Source: Gemmatimonadaceae bacterium (GTDB taxonomy: Bacteria; Gemmatimonadota; Gemmatimonadetes; Gemmatimonadales; Gemmatimonadaceae). From it: DNA of 64,000 nt. A program made the position numbers and the translations under genes. How positions within the stretch are numbered: position 1 is the first letter of the stretch; every line of letters begins with the position of its first letter. Positions 10,500 to 20,182 of the stretch are shown here, in pieces. A model generated the notes under the pieces. The model searched no databases. It was not told where the DNA came from and saw only the letters and a program-made list of their open reading frames with translations. The stretch is taken from the NCBI GenBank assembly GCA_045803545.1, contig JBJMOW010000004.1, positions 32,001 to 96,000 of the forward strand, in the 5' to 3' direction.

Positions 10500-10604
10500 C
10501 AGTCAGCTCTCCTCTCGCAGTTAGCTCTCCTCTCGCAGTTAGCTCTCCTCGCAGTTAGCTCTCCTCTCGCAGTTAGCTCTCCTCTCGCAGTTAGCTCGCA
10601 GTTC
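10500..10604. repeat. 18-bp tandem repeat array (CAGTTAGCTCTCCTCTCG, ~5.5 copies)
   Basis: Contiguous copies with one 16-bp variant; a related motif recurs at 30944-30978. Confidence 0.9.
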
Positions 10605-10681
10605 GGACTGATCCGTTGGCTCTCACCCCGCAGCCCCTCCCCCGCAGCCCCTCACCCCGCAGTCCCTATATTTCGGCGCCA

Positions 10682-11611
10682 ATGTCTCTCGCCGTCCGCT
10701 TCCTCGGCACTTCCGCATCGCGCCCGACTGTCGAGCGCAACGTTTCGTCCGTCGCCATCATCCGCGAGGGCGAAACGCTGATGTTTGATTGCGGCGAAGG
10801 AACTCAGCGGCAGATGATGCGCTACGGAATCACCTTCGCGCTCACTGACATTTTCTTCACCCACATGCACGCCGATCACATGCTTGGGGTGACGGGTTTG
10901 CTGCGCACCCTGGCGCTCCAGGGCAGGACCGAGCCAATGAATCTCTACGGCCCCGTCGGGTCCGAGAAACTTCTCTGGCGCGCGATCACACTCGGCACCG
11001 AAAAACAGCACTTCGAGATAAAGGTTCTCGAGCTCGCACCCGACGCTCCGCTAAAGCGCCACGGCTATTCGATCGTGCCATTCGCAGTCGAGCACGGCGA
11101 TCGCAGCGCCATCGGCTACCACCTCGTCGAAGAAACGCGACTGGGAAGATTCAATCCCGAGAAGGCAAAAGAGATGGGCGTGCCGGAAGGACCGTTGTGG
11201 GGAAAGATTCACAAGGGAGAGACGGTCGCTCTATCCGACGGCCGCACGATAACGCCGTCGGAGCTAGTCGGCCCGAGCCGCCCCGGCCGACGCATTGTGC
11301 TGACGGGCGATTCACGTCCGTCAGAAGCAACTATTGTCGCCGCCACCGGCGCCGATCTCCTGGTTCACGAAGCGACCTTCACCACCGAGGAAGCTCCGCG
11401 CGCGCTCGAGACCGGTCACTCAACCGCTCGCGAAGCCGCGGAAGTCGCCGTCAAAGCCGGCGTGAAGAGACTGATCTTAACGCACGTCAGCGCGCGCTAC
11501 TCGCGCGACACGTCGGAGCTGGAACGCGAAGCGCGCGAAGTATTCGCGGAAACAGTCATCGCGCGTGACGGAATGGAAGTCGACATCCCGTTCGAGCAGA
11601 GCGATGACTGA
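10682..11611 (+). CDS. rnz: Ribonuclease Z
   Basis: FLGTSAS.P...RN, FDCGEGTQRQ, THMHADH, GVPEGPLWG exosite, HEAT and HSTA motifs. Confidence 0.93.
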   Translation: MSLAVRFLGTSASRPTVERNVSSVAIIREGETLMFDCGEGTQRQMMRYGITFALTDIFFTHMHADHMLGVTGLLRTLALQGRTEPMNLYGPVGSEKLLWRAITLGTEKQHFEIKVLELAPDAPLKRHGYSIVPFAVEHGDRSAIGYHLVEETRLGRFNPEKAKEMGVPEGPLWGKIHKGETVALSDGRTITPSELVGPSRPGRRIVLTGDSRPSEATIVAATGADLLVHEATFTTEEAPRALETGHSTAREAAEVAVKAGVKRLILTHVSARYSRDTSELEREAREVFAETVIARDGMEVDIPFEQSDD

Positions 11612-11641
11612 TCGGCTATCGCCTCGCGCGTTCGCCTCAAA

Positions 11642-11953
11642 TCAGGATGCCAGCCCGCAGATCAGGCCGGCCGAGGCAATCGACTCGATCTGGACGATCG
11701 GGCCAGCCATGTGAATGCCGCCGAGATCGTTGCGCACCTTGAATGTGACGTCGACGCGCAGTCCCTCTTGCTTGTAGCAGCCCGGCAAATTCGTCGGATC
11801 GTAGTGCACGCCATCTGCGTCACTCACCAGCTCGTAGAATCCACCCTCGATCGGGTTGAAGTGCACTGTCGCATTCGTATGCATCAGCGGCCCCGTCGAG
11901 CTCGAGCATCCTACTACCGCGCACAACGCCAGCATCGACAACACAGTCTTCAT
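11642..11953 (-). CDS. Small hypothetical lipoprotein
   Basis: Signal peptide with VVGC lipobox; IEGGFYEL motif. Confidence 0.7.
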   Translation of the reverse strand: MKTVLSMLALCAVVGCSSSTGPLMHTNATVHFNPIEGGFYELVSDADGVHYDPTNLPGCYKQEGLRVDVTFKVRNDLGGIHMAGPIVQIESIASAGLICGLAS

Positions 11954-12045
11954 ACGGTCCTCGCTGAAAGGGTTATTCCCAGCTTATAGCCGGGACCCTT
12001 CAACGACAACGGGAAGGCCCCTGCCGGCGAGGCTGCTAAGGGTTC

Positions 12046-12339
12046 TCAGGAAGCGCGATTGACGCGCGACCAGACCGACGACACCGGCATAGACCGCCGA
12101 AATAGTCCGCTCAGTTTCTCGTCGGTCAATGTGCCCATGATCTTGTCGACCGACACGCGCGACGTAACGCTGCGTGATTCAGGTCCATCCCAGATCTCCC
12201 AGGCGTAGCGGTCGAGCCGCGCGGTCTTGCCGCCGGGATGATGAAACACGATCATCGCGTTGCTCGCGCCCGGCACCTGCACTTCCACGCCCCAGTTCGT
12301 TCCGTCCGGTCCACGGAACGGCCTGATTTGTCTTGCCAT
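12046..12339 (-). CDS. Hypothetical protein
   Basis: 97 aa ORF co-oriented in an apparent operon. Confidence 0.65.
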   Translation of the reverse strand: MARQIRPFRGPDGTNWGVEVQVPGASNAMIVFHHPGGKTARLDRYAWEIWDGPESRSVTSRVSVDKIMGTLTDEKLSGLFRRSMPVSSVWSRVNRAS

Positions 12340-12346
12340 CGATCTT

Positions 12347-12772
12347 TTAGTTGGTGGTCAACGCCAGCGGATGCAGTCTCTGCCGCCCGACGAATCCTGC
12401 GTCAGTTTCGTGCCAGTACATCACGCCTGGCTCGCCGAGCTTCCAGCAATAAAAAACTTCGCGACCATCCATCTGCCCACGGAAATCGACGAGGCCGATG
12501 TTCATCCCTTTACAGATGACGCCCAGCTCGTTGAGCTCGGCGATGTAGCTCTCGATGTCTTTCGCCAGACGCTGCGCTTCTATCTGCAGCAGCTCCGCGA
12601 TCACGTCGGGACGCTCGGGACTCGAGCCCGCCGTCGCCACCTCGAACTCGCGCACTTTCTCTTCCCACAGATGATGGTCGCGCACGAGATCTTCAACGAT
12701 GCGACGCACGAGTGGAAGAGTGCGATTGGCTTCGTCGACCGTGAAGATTCTTTCCATCATGGTACTCTGCAT
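12347..12772 (-). CDS. DUF2203-family protein
   Basis: FTVDEANRTLP...GLVDF...YCWKLGE...WH...GF.GR signature. Confidence 0.85.
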   Translation of the reverse strand: MQSTMMERIFTVDEANRTLPLVRRIVEDLVRDHHLWEEKVREFEVATAGSSPERPDVIAELLQIEAQRLAKDIESYIAELNELGVICKGMNIGLVDFRGQMDGREVFYCWKLGEPGVMYWHETDAGFVGRQRLHPLALTTN

Positions 12773-12802
12773 GCGCGAGAATCGATGGTCAAGTCCGCGC
12801 CA

Positions 12803-13360
12803 TTACTTGCGCCACTTCTCTTCCTGGATTCGCTCGGCCAGTCTGCGCTCGCGGCGGAGCTTCGCGGCTTCGTAGCGCCTCATCTCATCAGGCGTCTCCG
12901 GACGGAGTCGCGGAACTTCAACCGGCTTGCCGTTGCCATCGACGGCGACGAAGGTGAGGTAGCACGAGTTGGTGTGCACGCGCACGCCCGTCAGCAGGTT
13001 TTCCGTCTCCACTCGCACTCCGATCTCCATCGAGGTACGCCCCACGTAATTGACGCTCGACTTCATGATTACGAGGTCGCCAACATGGATCGGCTCGCGA
13101 AAATCGACCCGATCCACTGAGACCGTGACGCACGCCATGCGCGCGTGACGAATCGCGGACACCGCGGCAGTCGTGTCCATCATCGACAGCACTACTCCGC
13201 CGAAGACATGGCCTAGTACATTCGCGTGCTGCGGCAGCATTAGCTGAGCTGCCTCGTGCTGCGTCTCACTGACAGCGCGCGCGCCTTCGTCGCCGCTTGT
13301 CGCGGCAGTGTCTGGGTGCGTTGTGTTTTTTCTGGCGACTGCGCGTGAAGACCGACTCAA
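12803..13360 (-). CDS. Acyl-CoA thioesterase (hotdog fold)
   Basis: P.HANVLGHVFGG..LSMMD, VTVSVD.VDF and GRTSME motifs. TTG start overlapping the upstream stop was chosen; start uncertain. Confidence 0.88.
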   Translation of the reverse strand: MSRSSRAVARKNTTHPDTAATSGDEGARAVSETQHEAAQLMLPQHANVLGHVFGGVVLSMMDTTAAVSAIRHARMACVTVSVDRVDFREPIHVGDLVIMKSSVNYVGRTSMEIGVRVETENLLTGVRVHTNSCYLTFVAVDGNGKPVEVPRLRPETPDEMRRYEAAKLRRERRLAERIQEEKWRK

Positions 13361-14244
13361 ATCTGCCGTCCGCTGGGTTTGCGAGAATGCACAGGTAATT
13401 TGCGCGATACCTGCTGGATCCGCTCGCCGTAGGCCGTGGCGTCGTTGAACGCGTGCGCTAGCGCCCGACGAGTGCGCGGATCGATGCGCGGCTTGTCCAG
13501 CCAGAACACCTGCACGAAGCTCGACTCGACCAGACCTAGTTTCCATTCGCGGCCGCCACGGTCGCGCAGAATCAGCGAGTTGGCTTTGTGAACGGAGTCG
13601 TAGCGGGAGACGACGTCGTAGCCGTCGTGCTTCCAACGGCGATTTATCAACCCACCCTCACCAGCCGCTTCCTGAACGGTCGAATCGCGTAGCATGTGCT
13701 CGAACGCGACGGTTCGGCCGTCGCGAAGATCGATGACTGTGCGCGTGGTGTCATCCTGATCGTGATCGTCGTCGCGAGCTACCGACAGACGATGCTCGAG
13801 CGCGACGTACGGGCCGAGCACATTGAGGATGTCGGTCTCACCAACGGCGGTTACATCAACGTCGTCTTCCGGATCGTCATCGGGGCCCAGCACCGGCGCG
13901 GAGGGATGCTGTCTATGGTATTGCTCGGCGAGGTGTACGATCGCCGTGTCCTCGTAAATCAGAGTCGAATCACCGGTGGCGAGATCACGCCTGAAGACCC
14001 TCTCACCGCTCAACAGGGCCTTTGGGAAAGAGCGATCGACGTCAGTGACGAAGAGCTCGTAGTAGCGCCCACCCGTTCGCGCGAGAATGAGCGGCGACCC
14101 GCGGACCCTGAGCCCGGAGTTGTCACTGTGCACCCAATAAGTCTGATCGCCCGCCGAGACGAGAAATTCGGCAAGCGGCGGCGGTGGGGGCGGAAGCGCG
14201 CAGCCAATGCTTATCGCTGCGATTGCGAGCGTGGATATGCGCAT
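13357..14244 (-). CDS. Hypothetical lipoprotein
   Basis: MRISTLAIAAISIGC lipobox. The upstream extension in the ORF track is repeat-derived. Confidence 0.7.
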   Translation of the reverse strand: MRISTLAIAAISIGCALPPPPPPLAEFLVSAGDQTYWVHSDNSGLRVRGSPLILARTGGRYYELFVTDVDRSFPKALLSGERVFRRDLATGDSTLIYEDTAIVHLAEQYHRQHPSAPVLGPDDDPEDDVDVTAVGETDILNVLGPYVALEHRLSVARDDDHDQDDTTRTVIDLRDGRTVAFEHMLRDSTVQEAAGEGGLINRRWKHDGYDVVSRYDSVHKANSLILRDRGGREWKLGLVESSFVQVFWLDKPRIDPRTRRALAHAFNDATAYGERIQQVSRKLPVHSRKPSGRQI

Positions 14245-14259
14245 CAAAGGCAATATATC

Positions 14260-14418
14260 GGGAGGCGGGAGGCGGGAAGCGGGAAGCGGGAAGCGGGAAG
14301 CGTCGATGTCTAGCTCACGACGTGCGGGAACCATTGTAGGCAACCGCAAAGTACTAATTCATTGGGAAGGGCGGCGCCGGCCCGATGCGTTAACGCTTCC
14401 CGCTTCCCGCTTTCCGCT
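14260..14418. repeat. Inverted pair of heptamer arrays: (GGGARGC)x6 at 14260-14301 and (CGCTTYC)x3 at 14394-14414
   Basis: Directly visible tandem heptamers in opposite orientations between divergent genes. Confidence 0.85.
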
Positions 14419-14462
14419 CTATTAGATTGGACCGTCCTTCTCCGACTCCCAAACAACCGAAG

Positions 14463-15752
14463 ATGCGTTTCAGCAACATCACGCTCGCTGCAGCTGTGGC
14501 GGCGGCGACGTTCAGCCTCGCCTGCGCGCCGCACGAACCGGGGGCGCACAGCGCAACGCCTGAAGTTCAGGCAGCTCCCGTAAGCCAGCAGCCGGCGACG
14601 GTCGAGATCTCGACTTCGAGTTCAACCGCCGCACCGGCTCCGACCGAAGGGCAGGCGACTGCCCAAGCAGGCGCTGGATCACACCCGACGCCACCTGTGC
14701 TCGATTCGTTGATCAAGGGCACTCTGGCAGCACGCGGCCTCTACGTCTTCAGATTTGCCGCCAATCAGCGCCGACTCAAGCACCTCATCGGCATTGCTGA
14801 TTCGACGGAAGTCAACGCGCTCATCATCGACGTCAAGGATGAGTTCGGCTTGAACTACGAGCCGACCGACCCGATGGTGAAGAAGAACGCCGGCACCCAG
14901 GTGAAGGCGCGCAATCTTCAGGCGCTGGTCGATACGATTCGCGCCCACGGGATTCTGCCCGTCGCGCGCATCGTGGTGTTCAAGGACTCAGTGACCGCGC
15001 GCAATAACCCGGATCACACCATCCGCAAAGCGGATGGCACTGCCTGGCACGACAAGAAAGGACAGACGTGGGTGAATCCGTACGCCAACGCGATCTGGGA
15101 GTACAATTTCCGCGTTGCCGAAGACGCCATCAAAATGGGCTTTGGGGAGATCCAGTTCGATTACATCCGCTTCCCCGAGCCGTTCAAGAGTCTGCCGCAG
15201 CAGGTTTTCCCCGAGCAGAATGGGCGCACCAAGCCGCAGGTGCTCGCAGAATTCCTCACCACCGCGCGGGCGCGCTTCGCGAAGATGGGCGTCAGAACGA
15301 CGGCCGACATTTTCGGATTGGTGACGACGGTCGGTGGCGCGCTCGAGGTCGGCCAGCAGTGGGAGCATGTGTCTCCCAATGTCGACGTTGTGCTGCCGAT
15401 GGTCTATCCGTCGCACTACCCACCGGGCTCGTTCCAGCTTCCGCATCCCAACGCCGCGCCGTACGACGTGATTCACATCGCGATCTCACGCGCGCGCGAG
15501 CGTGACGAGAAGCTTGGCATCAAGGGCGAGCACATTCGCCCGTGGCTCCAGGCCTTCAGCCTCGGCAAGCCACCCTACAGCGCACACGAAATCGAGGAAC
15601 AGAAACGCGCAGTCTACGACTCCGGCTACGATGGCTGGGTGATGTGGGAGCCCGGCTCGCGCTACGATAAGTTCCTGCCGGCCCTCGAGAAAACTTTCGT
15701 GTCGCGGAAAAAGAATCCGCCGGTTCCCAGACCGCCGAATAGGCTCGACTAG
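14463..15752 (+). CDS. Putative glycoside hydrolase (DUF4015-like) lipoprotein
   Basis: NALIIDVKD, ARIVVFKD, EIQFDYIRFP, PMVYPSHY and RPWLQAF motifs; LAC lipobox. Confidence 0.82.
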   Translation: MRFSNITLAAAVAAATFSLACAPHEPGAHSATPEVQAAPVSQQPATVEISTSSSTAAPAPTEGQATAQAGAGSHPTPPVLDSLIKGTLAARGLYVFRFAANQRRLKHLIGIADSTEVNALIIDVKDEFGLNYEPTDPMVKKNAGTQVKARNLQALVDTIRAHGILPVARIVVFKDSVTARNNPDHTIRKADGTAWHDKKGQTWVNPYANAIWEYNFRVAEDAIKMGFGEIQFDYIRFPEPFKSLPQQVFPEQNGRTKPQVLAEFLTTARARFAKMGVRTTADIFGLVTTVGGALEVGQQWEHVSPNVDVVLPMVYPSHYPPGSFQLPHPNAAPYDVIHIAISRARERDEKLGIKGEHIRPWLQAFSLGKPPYSAHEIEEQKRAVYDSGYDGWVMWEPGSRYDKFLPALEKTFVSRKKNPPVPRPPNRLD

Positions 15753-15769
15753 CGATGATCGCGGACTGA

Positions 15770-15914
15770 ACTAAAGGTGGGCAGTTAGCAGAGAAGCTCA
15801 GGATTCAGACTGCAGCGTATGAATTTGGCATTTGGAGAGCCGTGCCGCGCAATGCCTCACCCATACGCTGCATTCTCCTATCTGAGCACTCTCTGCAACC
15901 TGCCTACCTTTAGT
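15770..15914. repeat. ~145-bp long-hairpin MITE/REP-like element (family B, copy 1)
   Basis: ACTAAAGGTGGGCAG...CTGCCTACCTTTAGT ends, plus internal TGCAGCGTATG/CATACGCTGCA and GGCATT/AATGCC pairing. Confidence 0.8.
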
Positions 15915-15961
15915 AAAAAAAGTCCTCTAGCAGTCGGTTCTCGCCACCTATATTACCGGCC

Positions 15962-16195
15962 ATGACGACCACCGTCTCGATCAACGGCATGTCGTGCGTG
16001 CATTGCGTCCGCGCGGTATTCACGTCGCTCGCGGGAGTTGAGGGGATTACCCGCGCTGACGTCTCGATTGGACGCGCCGTCATCGAGCACGATGGCAGCG
16101 TCACGCCGGAGCAGATCGGGGATGCAGTCGCGATCGCCGGCTACCAGGTAACCGACTCTCACACCGACCGGCGGAGTCTCCCGATCGCGCCATGA
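15962..16195 (+). CDS. Heavy-metal-associated (HMA/CopZ-like) domain protein
   Basis: GMSCVHC metal-binding motif. Confidence 0.88.
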   Translation: MTTTVSINGMSCVHCVRAVFTSLAGVEGITRADVSIGRAVIEHDGSVTPEQIGDAVAIAGYQVTDSHTDRRSLPIAP

Positions 16196-17622
16196 AAACG
16201 CCGACGCATAACACACCAGTGGATACCGACGAAGAGCGTACACTCGGTGTGTTGATGGCGCCGGACATCCTCGATCTTCTCGAGGCAAATCCCGAGGCGA
16301 TTCCGGCCGAGACGGAGGAGCTGCACGCGAGGGACGTCGCGGACATCGCGCAGGCGCTCCCACGCGACCTGGTAGCGCCGTTCCTGTCGGCTTTGCCCGT
16401 CGAGCGCGCGGCGGACGTTCTCGAGTACATCGACGAAGAGCTGCGCGCGGAAATCCTCGAGACGATGAACGTCCGCCAGGCGGCGGAGCTCGTCACGGAA
16501 ATGACTCCGGACGATCGTGCCGACACCCTGGAGTCGCTCGAGCAGGAAAGCGCCGACGAAATCCTCCAGGAGATCCCCGCCGCCGAGCGCGCCGAGACCG
16601 AAAAGCTACTCGCCTACGAGCCGGATTCAGCTGGCGGATTGATGACGACCGAGTTCGTCTCCGTCTCCCAGGACACTCCGGTCGAGGAAGCGCTCGGTGC
16701 CGTGCGACGCATCGCGAGATCTCAGCGGGTCGAAGCGATGAACACCATCTACACCACCGACACGAGGGGCCGCCTGCAGGGTGTGCTGTCGTTGCGCGAG
16801 CTGCTCGCCGCACCGGAGGGTGCGAAGGTCGCCGACGTCGCCTGGCAGGAAGTGCAAACCGTTCCGGTCAGCGCTGATCGTGAGGAGGTCGCGCGCGTAA
16901 CTCAAGAGTACGACCTGGTCGCAGTGCCGGTCGTCGACGACAACGGGGTGATTCAGGGCGTCGTCACCGTCGATGACGTCATCGATGCACTGGTGGAAGA
17001 ACACACCGAGGATGTGCAACGATTTGGCGGCATGGAAGCACTGGACATGCCTTATACGCAGATCGGATTCTTTCAGATGATCGGCAAGCGCGCGCCGTGG
17101 CTTGCCGCGCTTTTTCTCAGCGAGATGCTGACGACGACTGCGATGGGTCACTTTCAGGGCGAGCTCGAGAAGGCAGTGGTGCTCGCCCTGTTCGTTCCGC
17201 TGATCATCAGCTCCGGCGGCAACTCCGGTTCGCAGGCGACGTCGCTGATAATCCGCTCGCTCGCGCTCGGTGAGATCAAGCTGCGGGACTGGTGGAAGAT
17301 CGTGCTGCGTGAGCTGCCATCCGGCCTGATGCTGGGCGCGATACTCGGCATCCTCGGCATCGCGCGGATTCTACTGTGGCAGCATCTCGGAATCGCCGAT
17401 TACCCCCATCCCAATCTTCTCGCACTCACCGTCGGTTTTGCCCTCGTCGGCGTCGTCACTTTCGGCTCGCTCGCGGGATCGATGCTGCCGTTCATTCTGC
17501 AGAAACTCGGGTTCGATCCCGCGAGCGCGTCTGCTCCGTTCGTAGCGACTCTCGTTGACGTCACTGGCTTGTCGATCTATTTCTATGTCGCTTTACTGAT
17601 TCTGCGCGGAACAATGCTCTAG
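16192..17622 (+). CDS. mgtE: Magnesium transporter MgtE
   Basis: MgtE N-domain, CBS pair (AGGLMTTEF), GGNSGSQ and DPASASAPFVATLVD motifs. Confidence 0.95.
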   Translation: MKTPTHNTPVDTDEERTLGVLMAPDILDLLEANPEAIPAETEELHARDVADIAQALPRDLVAPFLSALPVERAADVLEYIDEELRAEILETMNVRQAAELVTEMTPDDRADTLESLEQESADEILQEIPAAERAETEKLLAYEPDSAGGLMTTEFVSVSQDTPVEEALGAVRRIARSQRVEAMNTIYTTDTRGRLQGVLSLRELLAAPEGAKVADVAWQEVQTVPVSADREEVARVTQEYDLVAVPVVDDNGVIQGVVTVDDVIDALVEEHTEDVQRFGGMEALDMPYTQIGFFQMIGKRAPWLAALFLSEMLTTTAMGHFQGELEKAVVLALFVPLIISSGGNSGSQATSLIIRSLALGEIKLRDWWKIVLRELPSGLMLGAILGILGIARILLWQHLGIADYPHPNLLALTVGFALVGVVTFGSLAGSMLPFILQKLGFDPASASAPFVATLVDVTGLSIYFYVALLILRGTML

Positions 17623-17633
17623 GAGGGCATCGC

Positions 17634-18041
17634 ATGACGACCACGATTCAGAAGTTGGCGACTGTTTTCGGTATCGTCTTCATCCTCGTAGCAATTGTTG
17701 GATTCATCACTCCGGGCGGCATGTACATGCAGCCGAGTGATCCCGCAATGGCGGCGAAAGCCCTTGGGATATTCCCCGTCAATCTGCTGCACAACATCGT
17801 GCATCTGCTGTTCGGAATCTGGGGCCTCGCCGCCGCGCGCAGCTGGGGCGGATCGAAATCGTTCTTCGTGTGGGGCGGTGTGATCTACGCGGTGCTGACC
17901 GTGCTCGCGTTCGTCTCGCCGAGCGGGTTTGGCCTTGTTCCGTTAGCCGGCGCCGACATCGGGCTTCACTGCCTTTTGGCGATCGTGATGCTGGGGATCG
18001 GGCTCACTACGAAGCCCGTCACGACGCCGACAGTAGCTTAA
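17634..18041 (+). CDS. DUF4383-like membrane protein
   Basis: LGIFPVNLLHNIVHLLFG motif; four TM segments. Confidence 0.8.
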   Translation: MTTTIQKLATVFGIVFILVAIVGFITPGGMYMQPSDPAMAAKALGIFPVNLLHNIVHLLFGIWGLAAARSWGGSKSFFVWGGVIYAVLTVLAFVSPSGFGLVPLAGADIGLHCLLAIVMLGIGLTTKPVTTPTVA

Positions 18042-18057
18042 GCGAACTAGAACCGAA

Positions 18058-18197
18058 CTAAAGGTAGGTAGTTAGCAGAGAGGCTCAGGTCGAAGTTTGC
18101 GGCGATGTTCTTGGCAGTCAGGCGCTTCTCAGCTCGAATGCCTAGAGCAACGCTGTGAACGGTTTTCTGAGCCTCTCTGCAACCCGTCTACCTTTAG
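18058..18197. repeat. ~140-bp long-hairpin MITE/REP-like element (family B, copy 2)
   Basis: CTAAAGGTAG..GCAGAGAGGCTCAG / CTGAGCCTCTCTGC..CTACCTTTAG; termini match the 15770-15914 element. Confidence 0.8.
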
Positions 18198-18220
18198 CTC
18201 AGTCGACCAGGAGACGCCGG

Positions 18221-20182
18221 CTACTGAGTGGCCCCGACCTTCGCAGTCGTCGACCCCGAACCCGCCGGCGCCGGAGGGACTGGCGCGCCTCCACTCCCTC
18301 GCCGCTTCGCGCGCTCCATTTGCGTCACGCTCGACACGATTCCCTGCTCCAGCCACGCGTGCTCACCGCGCAGCACCTCCTGCGACAGACGGTAAAGCGC
18401 GGGATCATCGACACCGAACAGCTGGTCGAAGTGGATCCGGATGCGCTCGCGCGCTTCGATGCAGAACGCATCGGCCAACCCGACGGCCCCCGTCTGACCT
18501 TGCTTGGCGAGCATCTGGGCGCGCGAGCACGCCGCTGACATCGCGAACAGCTCGGCGCCGATATCGACCGCGCGGAACAGCACCATCTGCTTGCGCTCGA
18601 GTTTGGGGCCGAACCTCACCATTGCGTGAAAGATCGAACGACCGAGGTGCCGCGTGGTGCGCTCGATGTAGCGCACGTGACGCGCGAGCTTGCCGAATTC
18701 GCCGTATCTGTTGAATCGACCAGCGTTGAGCCAGCGCGACGGGTACCACGTCAGATAGAACGGCGTCGCCTTCGCCAGCGCCGAGAGTTTCTCTTTGAGC
18801 GTCGACTCGGGGTTGACGATGTTGAACGCCAGCTTGAAGTGGTAATCGACCGCTTCGCGCGCGATGAAAAGCCGCATGATCTCCGACGATCCCTCGAAGA
18901 TCAGGTTGATGCGGAAGTCGCGCATCGCCCGTTCGATCGGAATCGCAGGCTCGCCGCGACGCGCCAGTGATTCCGCCATCTCGTAGCCGCGGCCGCCGCG
19001 GATTTGCATCGTGTCGTCGATGATACGCCAGCCGGCCTCGGTATTGAACAGCTTGGCGATCGCCGCCTCGAGCCGGATGTCGTAGTTCCCTCTCTCGTAA
19101 AGCGCCGCTGACAATTCCGCGATCGCTTCCATCGCGAACGTGTAGGAGGCCATTCGCCCAAGCTTCTGCGCGACTGCTTCATGCTTTCCGATTGGCTGTC
19201 CCCACTGGACGCGCTCGTTGCACCACTTCCGCGCGATCCCGACCATCTGCTTACCGGCGCCGGCGCAGCCGGCGGGAATGGTGAGCCGTCCAGTGTTCAG
19301 CGTAATCAGGGCGAGCTTCAATCCCTTGCCCTCTTCCCAAAGGATGTTCTCGCGCGGGACTTTGACATTGTTGAAGCTGATGACGCCGTTCTCGATCGCC
19401 TTGAGTCCCATGAAGCGGAGACGATGAACAACTTCGACGCCCGGCGTCGACGCTTCGACGATGAACGCCGTGATCTGCTTCTTCGGCTTTCCGTTCACGA
19501 CTTTGTCGGGCGTTCTCGCCATCACCACGAACAGCTCGGCGCGGGTGCCATTGGTCGTCCACAGTTTCTGCCCGTTGATGACGAAGTGCTTGCCGTCTTC
19601 GGTTGGCGTCGCAGTGCACCGCATGTTGGCTGGATCAGAGCCCGCATCTACTTCGGTTAGAGCAAACGCGGAGATCGCGCCTTTCGCCATTCTTGGGAAA
19701 TACTTTCGCTTCTGCTCTTCCGTCCCGAATAGTTTCAACGGCTGCGGTACGCCGATCGACTGGTGCGCGGAGAGCAGCGCTGTAAGCGAGCCGTCCTTTG
19801 ACGTCACCATCTCGATCGCGCGGATGTAACTCATTTGCGAGAGGCCAAGCCCGCCGTATTCCTTCGGGATCTTGATGCCGAAGGCGCCCATATCGCGCAG
19901 CTCCTGCACCGTCGCTTCCGGGATTTCGCCAGTGCGATCGATTTCTTCAGAGTCGACACGCTCCATGAACGCGCGAAGCTTTTCCATGAACGGGCGAGCG
20001 CGCTCCTCCTCCGCCGTGTCGTTGGGCGGATGCGGATGGATCAGGTCGAGACGGAACCTGCCAAGAAAAAGCTCGCGGACGAAACTCGGATTTTCCCACT
20101 CCGTCTCGCGCGCGGATTCCGCGACATCGCGTGCTTCTTTTTCGGTCGCAGTATCGGTGGAAGGAACAGCTGTGTTGCTCAT
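18221..20182 (-). CDS. Acyl-CoA dehydrogenase (long, FadE/VLCAD-like)
   Basis: AFALTE..AGSD, NGQKLWTTNG, GGRGY and RINLIFEGSSEI motifs; ATG at 20182 overlaps the SURF1 stop. Confidence 0.92.
   Translation of the reverse strand: MSNTAVPSTDTATEKEARDVAESARETEWENPSFVRELFLGRFRLDLIHPHPPNDTAEEERARPFMEKLRAFMERVDSEEIDRTGEIPEATVQELRDMGAFGIKIPKEYGGLGLSQMSYIRAIEMVTSKDGSLTALLSAHQSIGVPQPLKLFGTEEQKRKYFPRMAKGAISAFALTEVDAGSDPANMRCTATPTEDGKHFVINGQKLWTTNGTRAELFVVMARTPDKVVNGKPKKQITAFIVEASTPGVEVVHRLRFMGLKAIENGVISFNNVKVPRENILWEEGKGLKLALITLNTGRLTIPAGCAGAGKQMVGIARKWCNERVQWGQPIGKHEAVAQKLGRMASYTFAMEAIAELSAALYERGNYDIRLEAAIAKLFNTEAGWRIIDDTMQIRGGRGYEMAESLARRGEPAIPIERAMRDFRINLIFEGSSEIMRLFIAREAVDYHFKLAFNIVNPESTLKEKLSALAKATPFYLTWYPSRWLNAGRFNRYGEFGKLARHVRYIERTTRHLGRSIFHAMVRFGPKLERKQMVLFRAVDIGAELFAMSAACSRAQMLAKQGQTGAVGLADAFCIEARERIRIHFDQLFGVDDPALYRLSQEVLRGEHAWLEQGIVSSVTQMERAKRRGSGGAPVPPAPAGSGSTTAKVGATQ

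Noticed and set aside
10500..10604. CRISPR array
   Set aside because: The repeats are contiguous 18-mers without unique spacers.
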